A stretch of DNA of 64,000 nt from Podarcis tiliguerta. Taxonomy: Eukaryota. Positions within the stretch are counted from its first letter, which is position 1, and every line of letters begins with the position of its first letter. Both the position numbers and the translations under genes were made by a program. Positions 1 to 13,994 of the stretch are shown piece after piece. The stretch lies in assembly GCA_965153285.1 (NCBI GenBank), contig OZ229119.1; one strand, given 5' to 3'. The notes under the pieces are model-generated. The model did no database searches, was not told where the DNA came from, and was given only the letters and a program-made list of their open reading frames with translations.

Positions 1-3000
1 GTAGTGATTGGTGGGGGTAGTGGGATTTGGGCCTCAGAGAGACGAGGCAAGCCTGAGTTCGACGGCGCTTTCCCTTGGGAAGGCGCTACGCTGGGAAAGT
101 AATAATGATGTCTCCTTCCCCCGTTTTAGTTGTGTGAGGAAATTGCATTTCCAAGTCTCTGCCTGAACCCCACACTGGATGCCTTTGTGTCGTCAAGCTT
201 GCATTCAGAATGCTTTGTCCTCCTGCCCCACCCCCAACTAGGATCCATAGCAGTGTTCCCTTGATATATGCTGAAATAGCACCAGCGGCCATTTTGAAAA
301 TAATCTGGGCCAACATGGCCATTTGGTAACAAAGCTGTGATTGGACACTAAGCTAGTAAACCCTTTCCCTGACTCTCAACCCTCCCTACCTCAGCTCCTG
401 CCCACAAAGAATGTCATGCCCTGAACTAACTAGGAGTCCAGAGAACCCAACCAAGAGAGAAAAGTTTAAATCAAAACCACCCCAGGCCCCGTCCACCCCA
501 TCTCATTTGGCTCAGGCATTAAATTTAGGAGTGTCGCCCATCAACCCGGAGACCACACCTACCACTTTGAAAGCTCCAAGGAAGTGAAAAAAATAGGCAG
601 CCATTGTGGCACCAGCACCATTCTTCTGTGAGTCCCTTTGCCCCCACCCTTCCCCTCCACCACCACCTGCACCAAGCATGACTTAAAATGTAAGTCTTAA
701 ATTTGGCTCTACTGCAACCAGGAGAGGAGGGAGGCTGGAGTGATGGGTGGAGGAAAGGGGCAGAAGCTTAGCTGCAGCATCTGTTCATGGTGCCTTGTCA
801 TTTTAAAAGGAAAGGCATCACCTCAAGGTTGATGGCTGGCAGCCTTAACTTAATTTCAAAAGCTCAGCAAACAGCAGGAGATGAAGGAAGAAAATGCTAT
901 GTGTTAATCTCCACGAAAGGCACCCAGTCTCCTGTGCCAGGGATTCCCAAACGTATTACTAATAGGAGATATCCGTGGAACATCGTCACTGCTCTACATT
1001 CAGTTGTGCTGATTTCCTCACAACACCCAAGAGCAGCCACCTCATTTGGGTCAAAGGCAGGTTCATACCCAACATTTGAGAATCTCGGCCTGGAAGGGTG
1101 CCTCTCTGTTCTCCACCAATCTCTTCTATTTGGAACATTCTCTTCATCACATTAGATGGTCTGCATGATGGAATGGAAGAGGAAACTGCACAGGTGGAGT
1201 TGCAAGCATTTCACCTCATTCCGCTGCACATGCCATGTAAACGGAACCAAAGGCAAACCAATTTAAAACAAAGAAATAAATAAATTCTACTGCGCGCGCG
1301 CACACACACACACACACTATACTTTCCATGCGTTTGGAAATGATAAAAAGTTAAGTTGTAACTTTCACATTAACCACTAAAATTGTGCGAATGGATGGCT
1401 GTAAAAGGGATGCTCCTGGCCTGAGAAACTAAAAACACAGCGTGGAAACACCCATTCTGTGCATTTTCCATTGGACAGTCCCATCACTATTTACTCATAC
1501 ATACTGCAGTGTAAACTCCATTTTGTAAATCATCCAACGAGTTCTTTTAAATACATTCTATGCTATTAATGCTTTGGAATGCAATCCACAGGTCAACTGG
1601 AGCTTTTCAATACAAATGTCATGTGAAATATTGTTAAGTTATTTATACCCAACAGATAGACAAAACTTTCAGATATTTAAAAATATCTAAACAACTCAGA
1701 AAAATAAAATGCTGTCAATATATATATATATGTAGTCATTTCAACACCATCTGGACTTGGGGTGCAGTTATGGCATTACTTAACCTGTACCATTCCACAG
1801 TATTGAAAAACAAGAGAAACAAATCCAAATATTGATACTTATTTAAAAAAAAAAAAGTCCTCAAGTGTCTGAAATATTAACCCCCAAAGTCAATATGTTG
1901 GCTTTGAAACCAGAATGCCCCCTGCCACCGTCAAAGTACTGATGGATCCAGACAACAAAATGATTTTTCTTACTCAAACAAGTTGTTAAATTCACTTGCA
2001 GAATACTGACTGGATTTCAGCCACTTGCCTTTGAGATCTCCCACTGAAACTGATCAACCGAGCTGATACTGAGGAAGAACTATACCAGATAAAGGACATA
2101 AACCAAGAATTGCAGGTTCCTTGTTGGATTTTGCAGATGAGGTCATCCAAATGAGGTTGAGAGAAGGAAATTTATTTTGAACATAGTGTGCTGCTGAGAC
2201 TTTTCTTTTGAATCTAAATAGAGGTATACACAGCAGGTCAGTTACAAGTGGGGAAAAGCTTTTCTTCTAATAAACAACACATCTTTCCATTATATCTTCA
2301 TCGCTGAGGCCTATTCAGCTCCCAAAGAAAGCTAACTGCATGCTTTCCTACATATTGTAACGAAGTCCCTCAACTGCGCTAACAGAAATGATAGGAATGG
2401 TAACCAGTCCTTGCTCTTTTTGGAATTGTTCAGCCATCCTCCACCATTTGCATCAAAAGGCCAAGCCAATTAATCACATAAAAGCAACTTTTAAAGCCGG
2501 TAAAGTCCTACCCTGATACAGCTGGATATTCCTCAAGGCCCGTATCTTTAGGACTAGAGTCCGGTGACCATGTTGAGAGAATGAAGCATATGATTATGAA
2601 ATTGAATTAAGACTTACTGTTACAAGCACACCTTTGTAAATAACACAGTTTGCTTCTTTTGCGATGGGGAGGAGAAAATATGCAGTCAGTGTTGTAGTAG
2701 TATTCAGAGACAACACCTTACCCCATGGGGAAGACAATACGAGCCAGTGGCTGGGGGAAAATCAAATCTGAAGATCCCATACAGAAGAGCCCCCCTGGAA
2801 GCTTAGCTACAGAAGCAGAGCTTATCCAAACCTCTTGATATCAAGTTGAGAAATCTCCCAAGAATTCTGCTTTCTTTGCAGGATTTCTGGAGCTTACAGG
2901 GATAAGAAATGTCTATAAGCAGAGGTTTTGTTTGCAGGCTTATTTAGGTACTGGCACTTCTTGTTCCAACCCAACCGGCAAAGAAAACACAGTATAAAGT

Positions 3001-5952
3001 AAGGGAGATTCTCACACTCAAGGACTAGCTAGACTCTCAAGCATGCTTCACCAACATCATGTGTGCAAATTGCACACACTCTGGTCCTAATCCAGCTCAG
3101 CGTTACGCATTCACAAACCTACTGAAATAAAGAGGCTTGCACAGGCCTCACCACACTGGCTTGTGGCCATTTCCTATTGACCCATCCCTACTGCTTTGAC
3201 CCTCGGTGACCCATGTTTAGCTGATTGCATGAAGGTAAGTCAGGGCTGATCAGCTTGTGGCTAGGCAATTCACCAGCAGGATGGAACTTAAAACTCTTGG
3301 ATGCTCACATTGTACTGGTTATATTCCAACGCTGAGGGACTTCGATGGACAGACAACATAATAGCACATTGTGTGCCTTCTTGATGGGCAAAAGGATGGT
3401 GCTACAGCACTGGAAGGAATGTATGTCCACTGTAAACTCCCCCTCCCATTGCTCAGTGGTCAGAAGACACATGTACCCTTACACCATAGGAGAAGTCACC
3501 TTCAGCAGACAGCACAACGGAAATTAGCACTAGAACACTGGGGCAGTGGTGTAACATGGGTTGCTGACCATCAGGGCGTCAGCAGGGGTGGGGGCACATG
3601 CGAGAGGGACGCAAAGCCCACGCCGAGGGTGAACGGAGCCCGCCTCCAACAGGCCCCTCACCCACTGCTTCCTCCACCTGCCCACTAGACCAAGCCACCT
3701 GCTGCCATGCCTCAGCTGCCAAGACTCCATGCCTGTCGTGCGGGCACCTGATTGCATCCCTTCAAAGATGTGCACCCGGGGCCATGTTCCCCCCTGCCCT
3801 TCCCCCACACTACGCCTCTGCACAGGTGTTCTCTCTGTGGGATTGTCTGCATGAAGTACATGCCCAGCAGACTCTGCTGGAGCACATCCCTGCCCCTGCC
3901 TTTTTTCCCTTCCTCCCTGACCAAAGTCCCTCCCCCCTTTTAGGCTTGTTCTGATTGTATTTACCGTATGAGACTGCACTACAAATTACTATCAGCCATT
4001 GCTAAGCTGTCTTTTTTCTTATGCCGTTTTTATTCATTGACTGTATTGTTGAGGATAACCAAAAAAGAACAACGAAAGGAAAGATTGCAGGTAGGGAGAC
4101 AAAGCTCCACATGAGTGTGTTGGCAGTTTGACTGTGGGGGTAAGGACAGCATGAACTAGAGAGTTTCAGCTGCAAGTTAGTAGAATTCAAGGCAACTCAG
4201 AGGGTTGTGTAGGTCCACAGTTTTGTGCTCTGGGAATCTAATCTAGGGCTTAGTGGCTGTGCTACCTATTTTATAACAGCCTGCTTGCTGTTTGTATGTT
4301 AAATAAGCAGTTTACCAAAGATACCTTAAGAATACCATGCTCTTTCTCCAAAGAAAACGAAATAGAGGGATGCTATCCCTTTGCTTCCCGCTGCTTGAGG
4401 AAGAGGAGAGCACTTAATATTGGTCACAAAGAAGGAAATTACCCACCCACCCTGGAGGGAAACTGTGAGTTGGCACGAGTCAAAAAAAGAGAGCAGCAGA
4501 AATTACAGCAACTCCAAACAAGAGTCCGGAGGTGGCATATCAACAGGTAAGAGCTTTACTGGATCGTCAGCTACAAGGAAGTCAAGACAGGCCCAGAGAC
4601 CCAACAGAAGAGCTGCCATGTGGATAGCTAAGGATTTCCCTATCAATTCTGAATGTGTTGAAGGGTTAGTAGCTGAGAAACAACAGACTCTTGTCTGTCT
4701 TGGGTGTTTCCAGCAGTGATCCAAATGAAAAGCTAGGGGAGAGTCCTATGAACTGAAAAAGAACTGGAGATCATGGTACTAAGGTAGAGTAGCTGAGGCC
4801 TGCAGTCGGGGGAAAGTGGTAGAGAATATGTAAAAAATGCAAGGGAGCATGCAAGGTGGCTTGGAGGATGACTGGCTGCAAGCTGTAGCCATGGATGAGG
4901 AGAAATCCCTTGCCAACTGTATTATAGCATGTGCAGCCTATGAAAGCTCAGGCCCTTACAGCTGTTGTACTCCAAGGTCACAATCCAAGAGAAGGAGTGA
5001 TCCAGAAGCCCATGAATTATGAAGGCACTTCAGACCAGGAAGCCTATCTGCCTAAGCTTGGGAAAAGGCCCAGTATAAGTGACTGGGATGGTGGAAAGAA
5101 AGGAGAATTACTAGCGGTCAGTCCGAGTGAAGTATCCTTGGGCCCTCTGATAAAAGCTTATTGGTTTGGACCAGGCATAAGTAAGGCACCCTGAGCCAGG
5201 AATGTCCCTGAGCAGTCATCAGTCCAGGGACAGAGCTTAAAGGATTCATTTTCTTTAGATGAAAGAGGAGCAGGGTCATATGGTGGCTTCACAATAGCTC
5301 AAGTATACACAAGTATTCGTGGAAGCAAAGTAACTCCTGAAGCAGGCAGCAAACCACTGATCCTATACTGGATTCCTAGAGAGCTACTGTGTGGACCTTC
5401 ACAATCCTCCAGACTTCTTACATTCCTTCTGAAATCCAATATAAAGTATATAACAGGCACCATTCACCAAGAGGTTTTCTTGCGCAGGCCCCATTGAAAT
5501 GAGTGGCAACGGAGTCACATAACTCCCACCGATGTCATAGAGTTTGTGCAGATTACCTGGCAGGTGGTGCTCCCAAAGTATGATCCAGTCATACTTAAGC
5601 ACTTTATAGACACACTGATTTAAATGTGAGGCATTGAAAGATAAATTTAAATTTTCTCACTGAAATCAACTGGCCCTAAAAATGGGGCTGGATCGTGCCC
5701 ATAGCCTGCAGTCTCTGATTGCTTTTTGTATTATTTGTAAATACCCAATTTATTCATCAGCAAATACTATGTAATTGTGTACAAGGCAAGATTATGCAAA
5801 ACAATTTGCATAATGTATATAAATGATAGCATCTGTCAATTTACCAGTTAATGTAAACTCTTAACATAAACACATTTAAGGTTAATGTCTAGATAGTCAG
5901 TGAATCAAAGGAGAGGTCTTAATCTTCACACCTGTCTAGAAACCATTTAGAT

Positions 5953-6088
5953 CAGGCATAGGCAAACTCGGCCCTCCAGATGTTTTGGGAATACAACTCC
6001 CATCATCCCTAGCTAATAGGACCAGTGGTCAGGGATGATGGCAGTTGTAGTCCCAAAACAGCTGGAGGGCAGATTTTGCCTATGCCTG
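5953..6088. mobile_element. 136-bp hAT-superfamily MITE
   Basis: 14-bp TIRs CAGGCATAGGCAAA / TTTGCCTATGCCTG and an internal palindrome. Perfect 8-bp TSD ATTTAGAT at 5945-5952 and 6089-6096. Confidence 0.92.
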
Positions 6089-6788
6089 ATTTAGATAGTG
6101 TGCAAATCCATGATAAAACATGACACTCAGAAGTAGGTATCAATGGTGAGGTGTTTCAAGACTTACTTCAAAATGGCCTGATATAGTCTTCACTCCAAGC
6201 TCCATGAGGTTTTAGTCTGCATATGGAGCTGAGAGGGGAACCTCTGGCCCAGAAGCTGAATGCGACCCTTCAGATCTCTCTATACAGTTCTCAGGACTTT
6301 TCCAAGGTAATTTCCTTCTCCGCAGGCCTCACCCCTCACTACCTCTATAACACACCCTCCTTGAGATGGGCGGGGTATAAATTATAAATTATTATTATTA
6401 TGAGCTTGGCTGGAATGTGTCCTTGCAGTGGCAGACTTTGGGTTTTCAAATTTCAGTGGTGCCCTGTGCAACGCCAAAATTCGGCACCCTCTGGTGAATT
6501 ATTTCAAATGTGTTTTCAAATAAATCACTTGTAGTTTTCAAAATGGTCTCTGACAAACAAGCAAACAAAATCTATTGGAGTGTCTAGAGTGCATGATTGT
6601 CCCAAATGCCCCTGGGGGAGTGATGGCATGTGATGAGGTGACATTCCTCACAGGGAAATGGTACAGAAAAAAAGATGGCTGCCTAAATGGGGGCAGCCAT
6701 TTTCTTCCCATACTGTAGCCCTGTGAGGGACTTGCAGCCACATATAGCATGCAGCAGATATTGCCTGTTAAACAAAGGGGATTTGAAA

Positions 6789-6846
6789 AGGAAGGAAGGA
6801 AGGAAGGAAGGAAGGAAGGAAGGGAGGGAGGGAGGGAGGGAGGAAG
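6789..6846 (+). repeat. (GGAA)n/(GGGA)n microsatellite
   Basis: Seen directly. Confidence 0.9.
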
Positions 6847-9800
6847 ACCACCTCATAGAATTGGTGGAAGCCTGGATTCTGCAGAGGGCTATGTTCTAAT
6901 CCACACATCAGTCCCGGAGACAAAGTCCACTTCAGATTTCAGCCTGCCAAATTCCTCGAGCATCCTCCCTTTGAGATCCCCCTTTTCAGCTGTCTGACTT
7001 TATGAGATTAGAAAGGATTGAATTGTTTTAAATTTGCCACATTATTTAAATGTGTCCCTATCAATTGAATTATGACTTAATCTAATGAAATCTAGCACTG
7101 CTTTTCTTTCTCATGGTTGAAAGCTGCTTGATACTTCCCTGTTTAGGAATAATTTGTTTTTGCCACCATAGAAACTGGAAAGTGCACGTTTGCTACGAGA
7201 GAAAGGTTTGCCTTTGGGCCACAACTTTGTAGACACAAAGATAAATCAAAATAATTTAGAAAATTACCTACTTATAAACAGGGTCTGTCACTACATGTTG
7301 GCCCTTAATACTCAATGGGCATATCTGTGCCAAACATGGTCATTCCTTCCTTCCCCAGGAAAATATAGTTGAGCGGGGTTAGGAATCTCTTACAAAGAAT
7401 GCTCACAAATCTGTGGGAGAAATCATGGCAGTAAAAGTAACACAAACTAGTATAGACAGAGCAATGATGACCCACCCACCCCTTCTGTGTGCTGTATACC
7501 AATAACCTCGCCTCTGCCCCTCAGTGGCTGTCAGACAGTTGTTCTCCCTCATTCAAACCACACCGTTAGATATTTGCAAACGTGTTGTCATGACCCCCAT
7601 TAACCTGCTTTTATGACATGTATCAGTCTTCACTCTCCTGGGCTGCCTATATGGGCATCAGTGACGGACATTACAGAAAAATTGACACAACATCCCAAAC
7701 CAGCATGTTGGATTTGGCCGTGGGTGGGAGATGCATTAGAGCACCCAAAATGGCAACCTCATTGTTTGCACTGCATAGGGAAGGTTTTGCTTGAGTTTTA
7801 AGGGGAATTTCTCCTTGAAAAAAAGTACTGAAACTATCCACAGTCCCTCTGCATGCAGGCACACGTACACAATCTCCCACATTACTTATCTTCAGAGAGT
7901 TCCACTCACACAGAGAAACTCACTTAACATTCTGCAGTGTCCACCACAGCTAATAGAAAGAGAGCAAGCTGCTGAAGGGCAATTGCATAGCCCGTACTTA
8001 ACCTTGAGCAAGAGGATTTGATGTCCAGGCCTCAGTTTCGCACCTCCTTGGCAAAGGCTGGCTAATCGGAGAGAACAGCAGAAAATGCTTCATGGCATTC
8101 AGCTTAACAGTTCAGATAAGGAAGCAGCCCAGGAAGCCATTCTTTTCTGGATATAGGAGGGATATATAGCTAGCGGTTAAGATAGGGCAGAGAAAGTCAC
8201 AAAATGCCTGGAATTTCTGCTTGTGTGATGGAAGGTGATTTTCCACACAGCGGCTCAGAGGCGATAATATCTGTTCCTCTTTGGTCTAAGATCTTACCGA
8301 CCCAGAAGAATAAGGGAAGGGAAGAAGTGAACTCAGTAGAGGCTACCTGGAACAACATTCAAACCCTTATTGTGTGCTGGCATTCTAGGGAAAAGAGCCC
8401 GGTTTACCTAACCACCGCAAGAGCGCACTTATGCATGATCAAAAAAGAAGAGAAAAGGGCATTTATCTGCATAAAATTGGCCTATGCTAATTTATATGTA
8501 GAGATACAAATTTAGAAACAATTTCCATAATTTATGCAAAAATGCAGTACATCTCATTTGGGAAAGACTGTGACGAGATTGGCTTGTGTGCCAGCTGATT
8601 CTACCACCCAGTGTTGTTGATGGGCAACTTCCAACCTCCTTTTCTCCCTCCTTCAAGGCCTTTGCTGTGCTCCCTTCTTAGGTTCCTTTCTCTTTAAAAT
8701 GGACATGGGCCAGACAGACCTTCAAACAAAAGATACCTTCATATAGAAGGCTGTGCTCTGTAAAGTAGAACCTATCATCTGCCCTGCACCTGATTAAAGA
8801 ATGGATGGAAGGGGGAAGTTTTACCACATTTCCAGTTTTACTTTGAAGTAATAAGACAACCTGTTTCAGTAAGCTACCAACCAATTTTTGCTGTACCACT
8901 AAAGCCTAATAGAAACTGGGCAGTATATGCAGAGTGGATGAATAGATTTGCTTCCTGTGATTCAATATTAAGATCTTGGCCAGTGGTCCATTTGGATATG
9001 AAGATCAAAATTATTTCTGGAATCAGACAGATCAGGAGGGACGCCAGAAATTAAGGGATTACTTTGAGGGCTAGGTTTAAAGAGGGCAAGGGAACATATG
9101 TACACAGAAAAACCTCAGGGATGCACAATACAAAAGCCACATAACAAGTGCTAGTAGGTGCTTCAAAATATGCTTCTGCTAATGGAATGCTTGCAAGATG
9201 GTAAACACCAAAACAGATGCAACTAAAAGTCTAGTTGTACATCAAAAACAAAACTGGGGCACAACACTCCAGTAAAGTTCTCCTGCACAAACTCCACTGA
9301 AGTGAATGGGAGACGTGTAAGCAGCTCTCCCAGATTGTTCCTCAGATGTTTATGTGTTTTTAAAAGGAAAAATGGAATGGTTACAGGGTTGTAGAATTTT
9401 AATGTTAATGTTTTCACAACCCAATACTGTATAGCCTTGATGGTGTCTGTATTATGTATTGTGTTACAAGCTGTGGTCATGTTAAGGACTCTGGGAGTAT
9501 ATAAATTTAATAAATAACACACACAAAAAACAAAATTTAAACCACAGAAGATAAGTGCAGCATATGAATTTGCAAAATATCTAATGAGAGTTCACATGTT
9601 TAAAGAGTTGAAGAGAACAGTGGGTCTTTTTATGCATTACATGCAAAGAAAACAGACCCTTTGCCTTTTACACATTTCACCAGTTGGGCGTGTCATTTTA
9701 GTGGTGAAACTTAATTTCTGCAAATTTCTTCAGTGAAGAGTGGTGAAAATAAGTTTTGGGGTGTGAGGAATTCAAATCTGCTATTATTTTTGTGATTGGA

Positions 9801-11189
9801 CAACATTTAGCTTGGCAAATCTATGTTTGATTAGAAAACACATAAAATGCTTTTGGAAAACCAAAGAATTTTAATTTTACCTTCTGGTCAGGTAATGCTA
9901 AATAATAATAATAATACAAGTCTCCTTCCAGTCACCAAGCAATACAATGATATCAGGCCCACACAGATCAACAATCCAGAGAAAATCTGGGAACCCCATG
10001 TGCAGTACAATTCCTCAAGAAACTGAGCCAAACCACAAGCCACAGGTCAAGTCACACATGAGATTGATTATATGATCAAGATACTGAGGGTGGAGAAAAC
10101 TTTCTGGAACACATATTCAGGTAAGGGAAACAGGATGCAAAGCGTAAGAAATGAACAGACAATGCCATTACCTTCATGCCCTGCTTATAAATTTTGCAGA
10201 GGCATTTGGGAGGCCACTGCTGTAAACAGTGCTGGACCAGTTGGAGACAATCAATTTGTTCAAGGCCACACACCCAATACAAGGCAGAAGTGGGATTTGA
10301 GCCCTTAAGTACAATTTCTTTGACACTACATACTGCTGCATCACAACAGCAACTTTACACAAGGCCAACCAGTTAACTTACTATACAGATCCCAACCCAT
10401 ATTGTTCCCCTTGAAGAGATCCACTCCCTAAAAGAATTTCACCTGCATTTCCATATATTTACCCCCTCTCCTTCCTCCCACCCAACCCTGAAGAAAATAT
10501 CCTCTCCCTTTTACCCATCTCCATGGCAGGGTCAGGCAGACAAACTATCAGCTTCCTATCCCCTTAAATCTCTCAACTCTCTTTGACAGGGAGAAGAGGT
10601 GGTTGACAGGGAGCTCCTGGGGTAGGAAAATTACGGTACAATAATTTGGAGAAAGCAGTGGACCAATCAAGCAGCCAACCTCCAAGGAATGCCACCAATG
10701 AGGAGCCAGCCTTCTCACATCACCCATTGGCCCCAAACCACAGGAAGCAGACATGCACAACTGCCAGCAACCCACAGGGGCAGGCAGGGAGCAAGTTCTC
10801 TGAACAACATTTGCATTCCCTCAGGAAATTTCCCCTCGAGGTGGCAACATGATATCCCAGCCTATTATTTCCCCAAATTGTAGACAATTTTTGCCCCAAA
10901 GTGCCCCAAAATGGTGTACAGTATTCATGCACCCAGTTTGGCAGAGGCTATGGTTGTACACATATTGTCGAGTGCCAGTCTGGGAAGCCACCCCCTGGGA
11001 TGTCCTACAAGTACCACAATTGCCTTCCCTGGTAAGAGATGACCTTTACTTCAAGGTGCTTCATGTTTCAACAACACATAAACATTCATGACTGCCATTA
11101 ACCCCACCCCACTCCCCATCATGCATTGCAGCTCCCCTCCCTTCCACACAAACATTTTCCCCACAACCTCCCCTTTTCCCATCACCGCC

Positions 11190-11260
11190 CTCAATCAACA
11201 AAACTTCTCGCCACAGCTTCTGTTCTTGATCATTTTATTTTGGTGACTTTCATGCTACAT
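11190..11260 (-). terminator. Polyadenylation signal with upstream UGUA and downstream GU-rich element
   Basis: Minus strand reads ...TTTTTATGTAGCATGAAAGTCACCAAAATAAAATGATCAAGAACA, then GAAGCTGTGGCGAGAAGTTTTGTTGATTG and a G-rich tract. AATAAA at 11234-11239. Confidence 0.6.
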
Positions 11261-12691
11261 AAAAATTAGCTTTTCTATAAAAAAGTATTCACAATTTTTC
11301 CCCAAAATATTTCAAGGGTATTTTTTTTAATATTTGTAAGTTTTCTTTTTGCAGCGAGGGTTACCAGTCATCCCATATCCTCCTGCTGCCATCATCTTTG
11401 TTCTCTTTACATTAAAAATAAATATATGAGATGACAAAATTCAACACAGGAGGGATTTATTGACTCTAACCAAAAGACTGGGAAAATCCAGGTTTTCCCC
11501 AGTGGCTGGAGATACCCACAAGAACATGGCACAGAGTGCCAATGGAATTTCACTGGGGAGCAACATTTATTTCTCTCCTGATTTCTGAGTCGCCCTTCTC
11601 TGTGAATGGGTGTGATTTCATAATGCAAAATAGCTGGAACAATTGGAGGAAGCTCCCAGAATTATGGACAAGTATCTGGGCAAATGTGAATTATTTTAAA
11701 ACTTCAAACACAATTTCCCATCTCTCATACTAGAATTTCATAGAAATTTCTCAACTCTACCAGATTTAAATCTAAAACCTGAAAACAGACTATCTATACT
11801 ATAACCAACAGATCAACTAACTAGGACTTCTAACCAGAAGTCTTGACTGTCAATTCTCTTTGACAGACATATTTTGGAACTGTTTATGGCACTTTGGAGG
11901 TTGTTGATTGTGATAAATGCATTGTTTGATCCAAGGTTTACAATTACCCACCTAAATTGGAGTGAATTGGTTTCCAGTGTGGGTCTTGTTCACCCAAACA
12001 CCACTTGCATGCATCTGGTTACATACATGGGAGATTAAGGAATAATATATTGTTTTCATCTGTCTCTACATCTTGTTCTGTATGAATTCCATACTCCCTA
12101 TAAGTGACTACAGATGTTCATGGACCAATTGGTAACTTACCAGGTACATATTTATTGCTTGGTATGCCAGTCAACTGGAACATCCTGCCAAGTAATGAAT
12201 TTTATTACTACAGTTTCTAAATATTTCTGAGCAGATTAAGAAGTGTGGTAAATGTCTCATCACTTGACAGTCTGTTTCAGATGACCAACATTCCAAGTGT
12301 TGGAATGTATATGATGTGCTCTGTAACTTGCATAGGCTTCAGAAAACTGTCTTCCCCCTCTTCCCCAGTAATGTTAGCTCCAGAAAACACTGGAAGAAAG
12401 ACCAATGGAGGTGAAGAGAAGGGCAAGACTGAGCTGTAATATATGTTACAATGCATTCAAAGAGAATGTGGCTCTGATTTACACAAGTCACTATGTGAAT
12501 ACCTATATGCATAGCTCCTGCTTCCTCCAATCCTTTCAACTATCACTCCATTCCCTATTATGAGATGACACCCACCCACATAAAAAGATGACTGAGAAAT
12601 ACTATATATAAGTAAATAGCACAATATAATATTCAGGACCCTCAGCAATCCATGTTTGATTAACAGTACTCTGTTAATAGTGATTCTATGT

Positions 12692-12754
12692 ATCAATCAA
12701 TCAATCAATCAGTCAGTCAGTCAGTCAGTCAAGCACACACAAACACACACACAC
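12692..12754 (+). repeat. Compound (ATCA)n(GTCA)n followed by a (CA)n microsatellite
   Basis: Seen directly. Confidence 0.9.
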
Positions 12755-13988
12755 TGTAAGGAAGCACTAGCTGAAGTAAATGTACAGAAATTAGATTTTG
12801 AATGAGACAACCTGGTGGATTTAGCCATTCATTATGGATAAGGATAGGGGAGTTGTGAAAACCCATAAAAGAGAAAAGATGAAGAAGAGCATTGGGTCTT
12901 TGAACAGCAGCAAGCCTAGAATCATACAGTAATGCGGTTCATGCTGACGTTCCTTGCTGTTTTGGGAAATGTTGCTTGAAATTGTTATTTCTATCAATTG
13001 TAAATTGTGTTCTCTCTCTATAATACAGACAAAAGAAGGAAATCTACATTTTTAGTTACATTCATTTTCAGAATCTCTTTTGTTTCAGATGAATCATTCT
13101 AACTTGGTCTCACCATTCACTCCACATACACAAAACATTCATTTTAGTCAGTTTAAATTATCAATTAAGCTCCATTTCAGTCTGGAGATTTTTCTTTTCT
13201 TTTACTAGTGGCCAAATGTTGGCAAAGTGCTTTTTTCCCACTAGGAAAGTTTTGTTAGAAATTTCCTAGTTAGTTTTTAAAAGGGAGGGGGCTTTCCAGA
13301 TGATCAGTTTGTTAAAGCACATTCACAGTCCAGTCCTACACCAAGTTTGACATGCTTAATCCTACAAAATTCAGTGGCTTTAGGGGCCTAACAACACATT
13401 ACATTAATGATGTGATTAGCAATCACATTGTGTGTTGTTAAAAATTAAATATCAAGTGCAGCGGAAACAACTGTTATCAGGATCCTTCCTCCTCTTGGCA
13501 CAATCTCCATAAAATGCCCCCCACAACACAGAAATTACCACTGGGGAGGGAGAATCTCCACTGATGCCAATGGGAGCTTGGTATGTAATGCGAGTAGCTG
13601 TGCTGGGCAGGGAGGGGGATTTCATGCAAATTGCATGAGTAGAGCTTAACCCTTCTCATCCTGTGCACTCTGATCTTATTGACACTCACATCCCTCCACC
13701 TGTATTCTTTTTCAAAAAAATAGCATGCAATGTGATTGTAAATCATACTGTTAATATTATATGTAGTTAGGCTTCTGGATGCACAGAGTGCTGCGCAGAA
13801 CTGGAGTGTAAGTGTGTTGCCATTACTCATTTGTGATATGGGATCTACATTTCTAGCAGTGTCTCTATTGCAGCATTTCCACAAGCAGTGTAGGCAATGA
13901 CTGCACATTACCTGCAATACCACCAGTGAGAAATGTGCTCACTTACTACCACAGCTCGTGACATTCTTGCATTTACAGTTTTCAACTA

Positions 13989-13994
13989 TTTATT
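13989..13994 (-). terminator. Candidate alternative poly(A) signal
   Basis: AATAAA on the minus strand in an AT-rich block; the downstream element is weaker than at 11234. Confidence 0.3.

Noticed and set aside
3345-3979. Cluster of overlapping ORFs of 60-149 aa
   Set aside because: Explained by locally higher GC content; no domain or splice structure supports a gene.
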